This document shows positions 28,592 through 35,933 of a DNA stretch of 35,933 nucleotides, one piece after another. The translations under genes were made by a program, and so were the position numbers. Source of the DNA: a candidate division NPL-UPA2 bacterium Unc8 (GTDB lineage Bacteria > NPL-UPA2); NCBI GenBank assembly GCA_003574845.1, contig NDHY01000008.1:1-35933 (forward strand), in the 5' to 3' direction. Positions within the stretch are counted from its first letter, which is position 1. Every line of letters begins with the position of its first letter. Under the pieces are notes generated by a model, which was given only the letters and a program-made list of their open reading frames with translations, ran no database searches and had not been told where the DNA came from.

Positions 28592-29932
28592 CTACTTACC
28601 ACCAACTAATTCAATTCCCTTTGCTCCCAAATTAGCTCCCTGCCTTTCAGATAAATCAAGTTGCTTTGCCTCCTCCGGAGTAAGAACTAAAGATTTTTCT
28701 TTTTCCTCAATTTTTGCATGGCTCATGATGAACTCTATTGTCTTCTGCCGCTGCAGTTGCCACTTGAGTTCATCCTCTTTTTCTTCACCAACTTCTTTAG
28801 CGCCTAATTTAACTCTGACCTGCTGCTGCTTTTTTACTTCCTCATCAGTTATGGTAATCTTTTCTCTGCGCGAGATTTCCTCAAGAACAAGCTTTCTTTT
28901 TAATTGATGAATCGCTGTCGGGCGGAGCTCAATCCGCATAGCCTCCTCCCCCTTATACTCCTCGTCAGTATCGCTCCTTGCCCTGGCATAGAGCAATAAA
29001 TGGTTAATCTGTTCTTCTATGAGACGCGGTGGGAGCTCAACCTCAGTCTGTTCCGCTATCAAATCAATCGCCATCTCACGCAGTTTTCTTTCTGCAATGA
29101 GTGAGGCCTGAAGAGTGAGTTCTTTGCGAAGATGACCACGCAATTCATCAAGGCTTGCAAAACCTCCAAGATCGCGAGCAAAGTTATCATCAACAACAAC
29201 CAGCCTTCTTTCTTTAATTCCTCTTACCAAAACCTTATAAGCGACTTCTCCACCATCTTTATGAGCTATTTCTACTTTGCTTTCCTCGCCAACCTTGCGC
29301 CCGATAAGACTTTTTTCCACCTCTTTGGGAAGACGGTTTTGCCCTAACTGGAACAGATATTCCTTCGCCTGCTGGTATGGAGAGTCATTAACAAAAGAGG
29401 TAATCTCAACAAGCAGCCAGTCACCCTCTTTTACCGGGCGATTCTCTACGGCAAGAAAATTGGCTTTTTCCTCCTGCTTCATCCTCAGAGCTGCTTCAAT
29501 ATCTTGCTCGGTAACTTCTACTTTTTCCTTCTTCAGCGTTATTCCCCTATAGTCAGGAAGTTTAATTTCTGACAATGCCTCTACTGTTGCTACAAAGAAA
29601 AATAATTTATTTTCCTCAGGAAGTTTATTATCCGCATCTATTTTAGGGTTAGATAAAGCAGTAATTTCCTTTTCTCTCAGCACCTCCCAGTAATGCTTAT
29701 TCACTATCTCCTTCATAACTTCTTCGGCAATAGTAGCGGCAAATCGGATTTTGAGAATATTTAAAGGAACTTTTCCCTGTCTGAAGCCGGGAATCTTTGC
29801 ATTGCGAAGAAATTTACGATAGACACCCTCAAAGCAACGGTTAACTTCCTCCGGAGGTACTTCAATTCGCAGTCGGCACTGAAAATCAGGCAACCTCTCT
29901 ACTTCTGACTTTACTCCGGTAGAATTATCCAT
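28592..29932 (-). CDS. tig: Trigger factor
   Basis: Ribosome-binding signature IPGFRQGKVP; DDNFA; lies upstream of clpP. Confidence 0.92.
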   Translation of the reverse strand: MDNSTGVKSEVERLPDFQCRLRIEVPPEEVNRCFEGVYRKFLRNAKIPGFRQGKVPLNILKIRFAATIAEEVMKEIVNKHYWEVLREKEITALSNPKIDADNKLPEENKLFFFVATVEALSEIKLPDYRGITLKKEKVEVTEQDIEAALRMKQEEKANFLAVENRPVKEGDWLLVEITSFVNDSPYQQAKEYLFQLGQNRLPKEVEKSLIGRKVGEESKVEIAHKDGGEVAYKVLVRGIKERRLVVVDDNFARDLGGFASLDELRGHLRKELTLQASLIAERKLREMAIDLIAEQTEVELPPRLIEEQINHLLLYARARSDTDEEYKGEEAMRIELRPTAIHQLKRKLVLEEISRREKITITDEEVKKQQQVRVKLGAKEVGEEKEDELKWQLQRQKTIEFIMSHAKIEEKEKSLVLTPEEAKQLDLSERQGANLGAKGIELVGGK

Positions 29933-29944
29933 TTAACTCCTTCT

Positions 29945-30820
29945 TTACTGTTTTTGAATGTAGCCCGGCGCTTTAAGATGTCTGAACAAGTAGGTCTCAG
30001 AGCTAAATATCAGGGTGGTATCCCCTGCAAGAAACTCCTCGTATGCCCTTAGTGTTCGTACAAAGCTGAAGAACTCAGGATGCTCATTAAAGGCATCTGC
30101 ATAAATAGCCGCAGCTTTTGCATCGCCTTCACCTTTTAATATCCGGCTTTCCTTCTCAGCCTCAGCCAGGATAATAGTCACCTCTCTATCTGCACCTGCC
30201 CTGAGTTTCATTGCCTCTTGTTCTCCTTTAGCACGATGTTCCTTAGATATCCGGTTACGCTCTGCTATCATTCGCGAAAAAACAGCTGCCTGCACCTCTT
30301 CGGGAAGGTCAACTCTTTTCATTCTGACATCTATTATCTCTATCCCGAACTCACGACGAGCAAGCTCATCCACATGCCTACCCACTACTTCCATAATTGG
30401 CTTTCTCCGAACACCGATTATATCCCATAGATTGTGCCGGGCAAGTTCTTCTCTCAGCCTGGAGGTAACAATACCATCTATTCTAAGTTTGGCTCCATGC
30501 TCATTTCTTACTGCTTTAAAGAACAGGTGTGGGTCAAGGATTCGCCAGCGGGTGTAACTGTCCACCACCAGCCTTTCCTTGTCAAGAGTAAGAAACTCAG
30601 CCGGGCGCACATCGAAAAACAGCGTTCTCGTTTCCATACGGTGCACCACCTGAATAAAAGGGATTTTAAAGTGCAGCCCCGGTTTGTCTATCGTCCCCTT
30701 GTACTCCCCTAACTGCAAAACAATCGCCTGTTCCGTTTCATTTATTGCAAACATCGCCTGGCTGCCAACAATCACAACGACCAGCAACAAAATCGCAACT
30801 ACCCATACTTTAGTACTCAT
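29945..30820 (-). CDS. hflC: Protease modulator HflC (SPFH)
   Basis: N-terminal TM, PGLHFKIPF, RMIAER and PEFFSFVRTLRAY motifs. Confidence 0.93.
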   Translation of the reverse strand: MSTKVWVVAILLLVVVIVGSQAMFAINETEQAIVLQLGEYKGTIDKPGLHFKIPFIQVVHRMETRTLFFDVRPAEFLTLDKERLVVDSYTRWRILDPHLFFKAVRNEHGAKLRIDGIVTSRLREELARHNLWDIIGVRRKPIMEVVGRHVDELARREFGIEIIDVRMKRVDLPEEVQAAVFSRMIAERNRISKEHRAKGEQEAMKLRAGADREVTIILAEAEKESRILKGEGDAKAAAIYADAFNEHPEFFSFVRTLRAYEEFLAGDTTLIFSSETYLFRHLKAPGYIQKQ

Positions 30821-30834
30821 TTGCCCACCCCCTT

Positions 30835-31821
30835 TTATTCAATATCGGTTAAAGGTAAGAACTGTAATATGTTACCACCGACCTCGGGGTCAATGATGAA
30901 TTTTTTGCTTTCAGTTAGGACCCTCTCTATTGTCTCCAGATATAGTCTTTCCCGGGTTACTCCTGGCGCCCTCTGGTATTCTTTGAGAAGTTGGAGGAAT
31001 CGGGCCGCATCACCTTCAGCCAACGCCACTCTTTCCTCCCTGTAGGCAGTAGCTGCCTGTGTTATCTTTGATGCCTTTCCTCTTGCCCTGGGAACCACAT
31101 CCAGAGCATATCCTTCCGCTTCCCGAATCAACCTTTCCTCGTCTGCCTTGGCGCGCACTACATCATGAAACGACTCTTTTACTTCATCGGGTGGGTCTAC
31201 CACCTGTAGCTCCACCAGGACTACATGTAATCCGGTTTGGTGGTCATCTAACAACCGCTGCAGAAAGCTCCAGACTCCCGCTTCAATCTCAGGCCGACCC
31301 TCGGTCATAGCATGATCAATATCCATATTGCCAATAATACTTCTGAGGGCAACTTCAGTATTTACCCGAAGCGCGATTTCAGGCTCTCTGGCCCGGAAAA
31401 GATATTTTACAGGGTCTACTACCTGATACTGAATTAGAATTTGCACACCAGCGATGTTCCTATCCCCGGTAAGCATCATTTCTTCTTCTAACACCCGATG
31501 GATTTTTGGCTCTCTTCCCGGGCGTTCTACCGTTCTAAAGCCGACCTCAGCCCTTCTTATTCCCGCAATGTTAACCACATTGTGTGATTCAATAGGACGA
31601 GGCAAGCGGTAGCGGAGACCCGGACCTGTCTGAGCAGTGAACCTTCCAAATCGTCTTACAATACCCGCTTCGCCGGGTCCAACAGTGTATATTCCCGATA
31701 AAAGCCAGATGACCACCACAATTGGAATAGCAATTTTAAGTAACCCAAGTATTCCTTTTGCAGACTCTAACATCTGCTTGAGTTCCTTCCCGAAATCCTC
31801 ACTACCATATCCATTAGACAT
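30835..31821 (-). CDS. hflK: Protease modulator HflK (SPFH)
   Basis: MLTGDRN, VDPPDEV and APGVTRERLYLET motifs. ATG at 31821 is preferred because the GAGGAGG site nearly abuts the ATG at 31827. Confidence 0.93.
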   Translation of the reverse strand: MSNGYGSEDFGKELKQMLESAKGILGLLKIAIPIVVVIWLLSGIYTVGPGEAGIVRRFGRFTAQTGPGLRYRLPRPIESHNVVNIAGIRRAEVGFRTVERPGREPKIHRVLEEEMMLTGDRNIAGVQILIQYQVVDPVKYLFRAREPEIALRVNTEVALRSIIGNMDIDHAMTEGRPEIEAGVWSFLQRLLDDHQTGLHVVLVELQVVDPPDEVKESFHDVVRAKADEERLIREAEGYALDVVPRARGKASKITQAATAYREERVALAEGDAARFLQLLKEYQRAPGVTRERLYLETIERVLTESKKFIIDPEVGGNILQFLPLTDIE

Positions 31822-31838
31822 TTTCATCCCTCCTCAAT

Positions 31839-32033
31839 GCACCAGAGCACCAGTTACTAATTTCCAATTTCCAATTTCCAGTTACTAATTTCCAATTTCT
31901 AATTTCTAATTTTCAATTAATTTTCAATGACCCAATTACCAATTTCCAATTTCTATTTTCATCTCTTACCACTTACCACTTACCACTTTTACCACCTCCT
32001 ACTTACTACCCACCACCTACCACTTACTACCCA
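31839..32033. repeat. Repeat mosaic between tRNA-Gly and hflK (GCACCAG, AATTTCC, 23-bp core, ACCACTT units)
   Basis: Positions 31914-31936 are identical to 7208-7230. Confidence 0.9.
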
Positions 32034-32036
32034 AGA

Positions 32037-32108
32037 AGCGGGTGGTGGGAGTTGAACCCACGACATCTACCTTGGCAAGGTAGCGCTCTACCGCTGAGCT
32101 ACACCCGC
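32037..32108 (-). tRNA. tRNA-Gly(GCC)
   Basis: GCGGGTG acceptor, anticodon arm CTACC-TTGCCAA-GGTAG and GGTTCAACTCC T-arm; CCA not encoded. Confidence 0.96.
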
Positions 32109-32123
32109 AATGCCCCTATTTCA

Positions 32124-32157
32124 TTCTGACTCCTGAATTCTGACTTCTGGCTCCTGA
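32124..32157. repeat. AGTCAGA/TCAGGAG module in the tRNA-Leu/tRNA-Gly spacer
   Basis: Positions 32124-32149 are the exact reverse complement of 7237-7262. Confidence 0.85.
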
Positions 32158-32186
32158 GTAGTTAACTATCCACTATCTATTCAAAA

Positions 32187-32270
32187 TGCGAGAGGCGGGA
32201 CTTGAACCCGCAAGAGGTTTCCCTCACCAGATCCTAAGTCTGGCGCGTCTGCCAGTTCCGCCACCCTCGC
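32187..32270 (-). tRNA. tRNA-Leu(TAG)
   Basis: GCGAGGG acceptor, CCAGA-CTTAGGA-TCTGG anticodon arm, long variable arm GAGG-GAAA-CCTC and GGTTCAAGTCC T-arm. Confidence 0.96.
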
Positions 32271-32272
32271 AA

Positions 32273-32345
32273 TACCCCCACCAGGTCTCGAACCTGGGAC
32301 ACCCTGATTAAGAGTCAGGTGCTCTTCCAACTGAGCTATAGGGGC
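32273..32345 (-). tRNA. tRNA-Lys(CTT)
   Basis: GCCCCTA acceptor, CCTGA-CTCTTAA-TCAGG anticodon arm and GGTTCGAGACC T-arm. Confidence 0.95.
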
Positions 32346-32359
32346 AAGTTACTTCTACC

Positions 32360-32388
32360 ATTTTGATATGTAAAAGAGTATCTGTCAA
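32360..32388 (-). promoter_or_regulatory. Putative sigma70 promoter of the tRNA cluster
   Basis: TTGACA (32388-32383), 17 bp spacer, CAAAAT (32365-32360); A/T-rich UP-like region. Confidence 0.6.
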
Positions 32389-32437
32389 TTTATTTTTACT
32401 TATTTATCTTCCTTAAAACACCTGTATAAACGGCTTC

Positions 32438-34957
32438 TTATGGAAAGACAGTAAGCTTAAGGGTAACGATTTCAAAGGGCTTTATCTCCATTCTTAGCTT
32501 GTTTTGCTCCAGCTTCAGTTCGTGCTCCTCTTGCTCCAATAAATCGGTGACCATACAGCGACTTATTTCATGGAAAAATTCAATTTCGGCTGTTGTCTGC
32601 TCCCCTTTGGTTTCATAAAACCTTAATACTATTTCATTACCCCCTTCGGCTTTCTTTAGAGCTGAAAGAATAATGTTATCTGGCGAAAGCTTCAGAAAAG
32701 AAAGTTCCAGGAGTAAGTCGCCTTTGGAATTAACTTGAACCCAGAGAGGCCGGCGCTGAAATTCCTGACTGTGCTTATATACCTGTGCCCTTCTCCAATC
32801 ATACTCATGAGGGCTTAAAGCATACTCAAAAGTATAATTCTTATTAAGCTCTAATGCATCCGGCGTGGGAATCATAGGTCCTGCTCTGCCATCAGCAGAA
32901 AGCATGCCCACGCTTCTTAAGAGCGTAAGATAAACATTGCTTCCCCTTATCTCGTTTGCCGGAATTCCCTTATTCATAAAAGTTATTCCTCTTGTCCCAT
33001 CGCCATAGTCAAACCAGGAGAGAAAAGTAGGTATTCCCGCCGGGATTTTTGTCTTCTCAAGAGAAGTTGATAATTCCGTAGGCTCAGGCACAATCCCAAA
33101 CTGCGTCTCGCGAAAATAGACCATTCTCTCCTTAAATGTATCAAATTTGACCCTGAGCCTTATATTTGGATACTTGCTTTTGACCCTGGTCACAAATTCA
33201 ATTCGGGAGGAATCCCTGTAAATGATAATCTCCTTGGTAATATCCAGAACTCTATTTTTATGGAGCTTAGTTCCAAATTTATCAAATAAGCGATAAGGCC
33301 ATCTGAGGCAATAATACCCCTCTTCAAGAATGACCTTCGTTTTCAATGCTCCTCTCTCTATGCTAAATTTTTCGGGCTTGAAAACCCCATAGTGAATTCC
33401 ATCCCCGCTTTCGTTTTTCACCAGCTCAAAAAACATATACTGATGATAATATAAGTCCCCGACTTCATTTTCTATGTTCAACTCATTTCCCTTGAATAAA
33501 GGCCTCTCCTTTTTATCAAAAACCTCTATTATCCCTGTCTCTGGGTTAACAAGTGAGCGAAAGAATTGGTTCTCTATTTTATTTCCTTCTACCTTAATCT
33601 CCCATTCCGGCTCCTTGCCGCGCTCAACCAATCGGTAGGCTTTATAGCCCATTGGAAGAAGTTCGGCAAAAAATCCAAGCTTTGCCGAGTTAATTCTTCC
33701 CTGAGCATCCTTCTTTAGACTCAAGACCTGGGTCTCTATTTCTTCCTCCCCAAACTTGAGCCCTGGCTCCTTCTCCCAGCCCTGAAGTTTTAAGTCAACT
33801 TCACACCAATTCTTCGTCTTCTGAGGAAGAGGGTTAAAAACTACCACCGCTTCACCCTGGGTATTAATCTGGCTGGCAATAAATTTCAGACAATCATTCA
33901 ACAGTTTAGTAAGATGCTCTTCAAGGAAGGAAAAAATTTCCCTGACATCGTCATAAATCTCATCTATCCCACAGCCAGTGATAATATCGTGAAAAGCAAC
34001 AAAAAGCATCTTTTCCCAACATTCACTTATAATATCCTGAGGATAGTCATTGCCTAATAGCCACGCCAGAGTAGAAAACCATTCGGCTGCGGTGAGCAGC
34101 CCTTCGCATTTTCTTGCCCCCATCACTATCCACGCCCGAGAAGAGCATACCTGAGGAAAAACCTCTATTAGAGCCTCATCATACAGCTCTCCACTGCGAA
34201 CTTCGAGCTTTTCTTCTTCCAGCTCAACGGCACGGAAAAATTCAGAGGGAACAACAATCTTCATCTGTGACTCTCCCAGGTGCTCCTTGTTCCATTGTTT
34301 TACTGCCTCAATAACTTCTTCCTGGGGTGGCGTCGACCCGCTTCCGGAAGGCATAAGAATATTGAAGGTGGTGGCATATTTATTAAGCTCTATGTAGCTT
34401 TCCTTTAATTTATCAAGATAAAATCCAGCCCGATACCCCAGCGGCATCCAATGAGCCAGGATAGTAGTACCGTCAAGACCCTTCCAGAGAAATTCACTCT
34501 GCATCTCCCTTGCTCCTCGCCTGAAGGCAACCCATTTGTAGCCCGACCTCTTGTAAATTTGAGGGAGTTGAGCATTCATTCCAAAGCTATCAGCACACCA
34601 TGCTACCGGAACATCCATCCCAAATTTCTCCTTGCAATAACGTTTGCCAAAGAGAATTTCTCTTACCAAAACCTCCCCCGCCGGGAGCATAGTATCAGGC
34701 ATTAGATATTGTCCGTCAACTATCTCCAGCTTCCCCTTTTGAATCATCTCTTTTATCTCTGCCCAAAGTCCGGGATTACGGCGCTCCAGTACCTCTAACG
34801 GAAAAACTTGCTCCCAGGAGAACTTATATTCCTCATATTTTTTCATAAATTCCACGACACTTTGCAGAATCCCTTCATTTATGTCAAGATAGTCCTCCTT
34901 GGTGAATGCCCATGCAACATCATAATGAGAGAGAGGAGCAAGATAAATCGTCTGCAT
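32438..34957 (-). CDS. Glycoside hydrolase family 38 (alpha-mannosidase-like), cytoplasmic
   Basis: SHYDVAW (Zn ligands), WCADSFG (nucleophile Asp), FHDIITG, LTLLRS and PFEIVTL motifs; no signal peptide. Confidence 0.9.
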   Translation of the reverse strand: MQTIYLAPLSHYDVAWAFTKEDYLDINEGILQSVVEFMKKYEEYKFSWEQVFPLEVLERRNPGLWAEIKEMIQKGKLEIVDGQYLMPDTMLPAGEVLVREILFGKRYCKEKFGMDVPVAWCADSFGMNAQLPQIYKRSGYKWVAFRRGAREMQSEFLWKGLDGTTILAHWMPLGYRAGFYLDKLKESYIELNKYATTFNILMPSGSGSTPPQEEVIEAVKQWNKEHLGESQMKIVVPSEFFRAVELEEEKLEVRSGELYDEALIEVFPQVCSSRAWIVMGARKCEGLLTAAEWFSTLAWLLGNDYPQDIISECWEKMLFVAFHDIITGCGIDEIYDDVREIFSFLEEHLTKLLNDCLKFIASQINTQGEAVVVFNPLPQKTKNWCEVDLKLQGWEKEPGLKFGEEEIETQVLSLKKDAQGRINSAKLGFFAELLPMGYKAYRLVERGKEPEWEIKVEGNKIENQFFRSLVNPETGIIEVFDKKERPLFKGNELNIENEVGDLYYHQYMFFELVKNESGDGIHYGVFKPEKFSIERGALKTKVILEEGYYCLRWPYRLFDKFGTKLHKNRVLDITKEIIIYRDSSRIEFVTRVKSKYPNIRLRVKFDTFKERMVYFRETQFGIVPEPTELSTSLEKTKIPAGIPTFLSWFDYGDGTRGITFMNKGIPANEIRGSNVYLTLLRSVGMLSADGRAGPMIPTPDALELNKNYTFEYALSPHEYDWRRAQVYKHSQEFQRRPLWVQVNSKGDLLLELSFLKLSPDNIILSALKKAEGGNEIVLRFYETKGEQTTAEIEFFHEISRCMVTDLLEQEEHELKLEQNKLRMEIKPFEIVTLKLTVFP

Positions 34958-34983
34958 TTTTACCTCCTGCTATAATATAATTT

Positions 34984-35784
34984 TTACCCTACTAAGCTTT
35001 CTGCTGCTTCCTTTACGATACTTGCGTCTATCGTCTTTACTTTACGACCAAAGCCGATAACCAAACTCATTGCGCAGATATGATTTATTCTGCGGGGAAT
35101 TCCTCCTGAAACTTCAAAGATTGCTCCAATCGTTTCTTCATTAAATATTGCCTCTGTCCTCCCAGCGACTTTTAGGCGATGGTAAATATAATTTTTGGTA
35201 TCTTCCTTATTTAACCTATCCAGATGATATTTTATGGCAATCCGTTGCGAGAGTTGCTTGTTATTTGTTATCTTCTCTTCTAATTCCGGCTGTCCAACAA
35301 GAATTAAAGTAAGCAGGAACCTATCTTTAAGATGTAAATTCAAAAGCAGCCTTAACTCTTCAAAAACCATCATATCACCAATTAAGTGTGCTTCATCAAT
35401 GATAACTACCGTATCTTTGCCATCATTGATATTGTTACGCAGTATCCTATCAATCAAATGCATTAAATCTGTCTTATTGTGGGGAAGATCCTCTTTTATT
35501 CCAAATTGATAACAAATCTCCCTTAGCAGTTCAGTGGCGTCAAGAGCGGGATTACTAACTACTGCCGACTTATAATTTTCTCCCAATTCCGCCAGTAGCG
35601 CCCAGACTAACATTGTCTTTCCGCAGCCAAAGACGCCACTGAGCATTGCTGCGCCTAAGCATTCTTGCACGGCATACCTCATCCTCATCAATGCTTCTTC
35701 GTGCTCACTGGAGAGGTATAAAAACTCATGGTCTGGCGTATTCTGAAACGGCTTCTTGCTCAGTTCCCAATATTCCTCATACAT
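34984..35784 (-). CDS. ExeA/GspA-like AAA ATPase (ATPase domain only)
   Basis: MYEEYWEL..KPF..TPD, GVFGCGKT, VIIDEAH, LVGQPEL and SGGIPRRIN motifs. Confidence 0.9.
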   Translation of the reverse strand: MYEEYWELSKKPFQNTPDHEFLYLSSEHEEALMRMRYAVQECLGAAMLSGVFGCGKTMLVWALLAELGENYKSAVVSNPALDATELLREICYQFGIKEDLPHNKTDLMHLIDRILRNNINDGKDTVVIIDEAHLIGDMMVFEELRLLLNLHLKDRFLLTLILVGQPELEEKITNNKQLSQRIAIKYHLDRLNKEDTKNYIYHRLKVAGRTEAIFNEETIGAIFEVSGGIPRRINHICAMSLVIGFGRKVKTIDASIVKEAAESLVG

Positions 35785-35787
35785 TTT

Positions 35788-35933
35788 TCATTTCTCTTTA
35801 ATGATATGACTCGGCAAAACCCTAGGAAGGCAGAACGGTAATATGCAAATATAGTTGGAGTAGAGGGAGAAACCTTCGTATTCACAAACAGCCTGGATTT
35901 CAATAATTTGCGGAATGTTACTTATGCCAATGG
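35788..35933 (-). CDS. 3' end of a hypothetical protein running off the window edge
   Basis: Open minus-strand frame (...IGISNIPQIIEIQAVCEYEGFSLYSNYICILPFCLPRVLPSHIIKEK*) ending 3 nt before the ExeA-like start. Confidence 0.5.
   Translation of the reverse strand, partial: IGISNIPQIIEIQAVCEYEGFSLYSNYICILPFCLPRVLPSHIIKEK

Noticed and set aside
32037-32437. tRNA cluster as an integration site for the GH38/ExeA block
   Set aside because: The block lies on the 5' side of the tRNAs, and no integrase or duplicated tRNA 3' end is visible in the window.
197-35509. Numerous 60-156 aa ORFs antisense or out of frame within housekeeping genes
   Set aside because: They are shadow ORFs of well-supported genes with no independent evidence.

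Overview
Bacterial chromosomal segment, most likely from an uncultured anaerobe (inferred from the clostridial-type Etf). It is mostly housekeeping genes on the minus strand: tilS-ftsH-folP-pdxJ-acpS-nnr; rsmD-coaD-rpmF-fabG-acpP-fabF-acyl-CoA dehydrogenase-etfB-etfA-SCP2; tRNA-Lys/Leu/Gly-hflK-hflC-tig-clpP-class V aminotransferase-serA-queH-mnmG; and an ExeA-like ATPase with a GH38 glycosidase. One plus-strand operon encodes a PAC2-family protein, pabB and a pabC-like aminotransferase. Three things stand out. (1) An accessory GrpE-like / lidless Hsp70 / membrane-anchored double J-like-domain cassette (10967-14989). (2) Fatty-acid synthesis genes translationally coupled to an acyl-CoA dehydrogenase and a bifurcating-type Etf, with plsX/fabH/fabD and any enoyl reductase absent from the cluster. 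(3) Most longer intergenic spacers hold mosaics of 7-8 nt tandem repeats. These share exact 23-41 bp blocks between loci, sometimes run into gene 3' ends, and in four cases end with CTGGTGC 25-26 nt upstream of a start codon. GTAG-type REP palindromes are also present. No transposase, integrase, CRISPR array or rRNA was seen. All calls come from motif recognition by eye; no searches were run.
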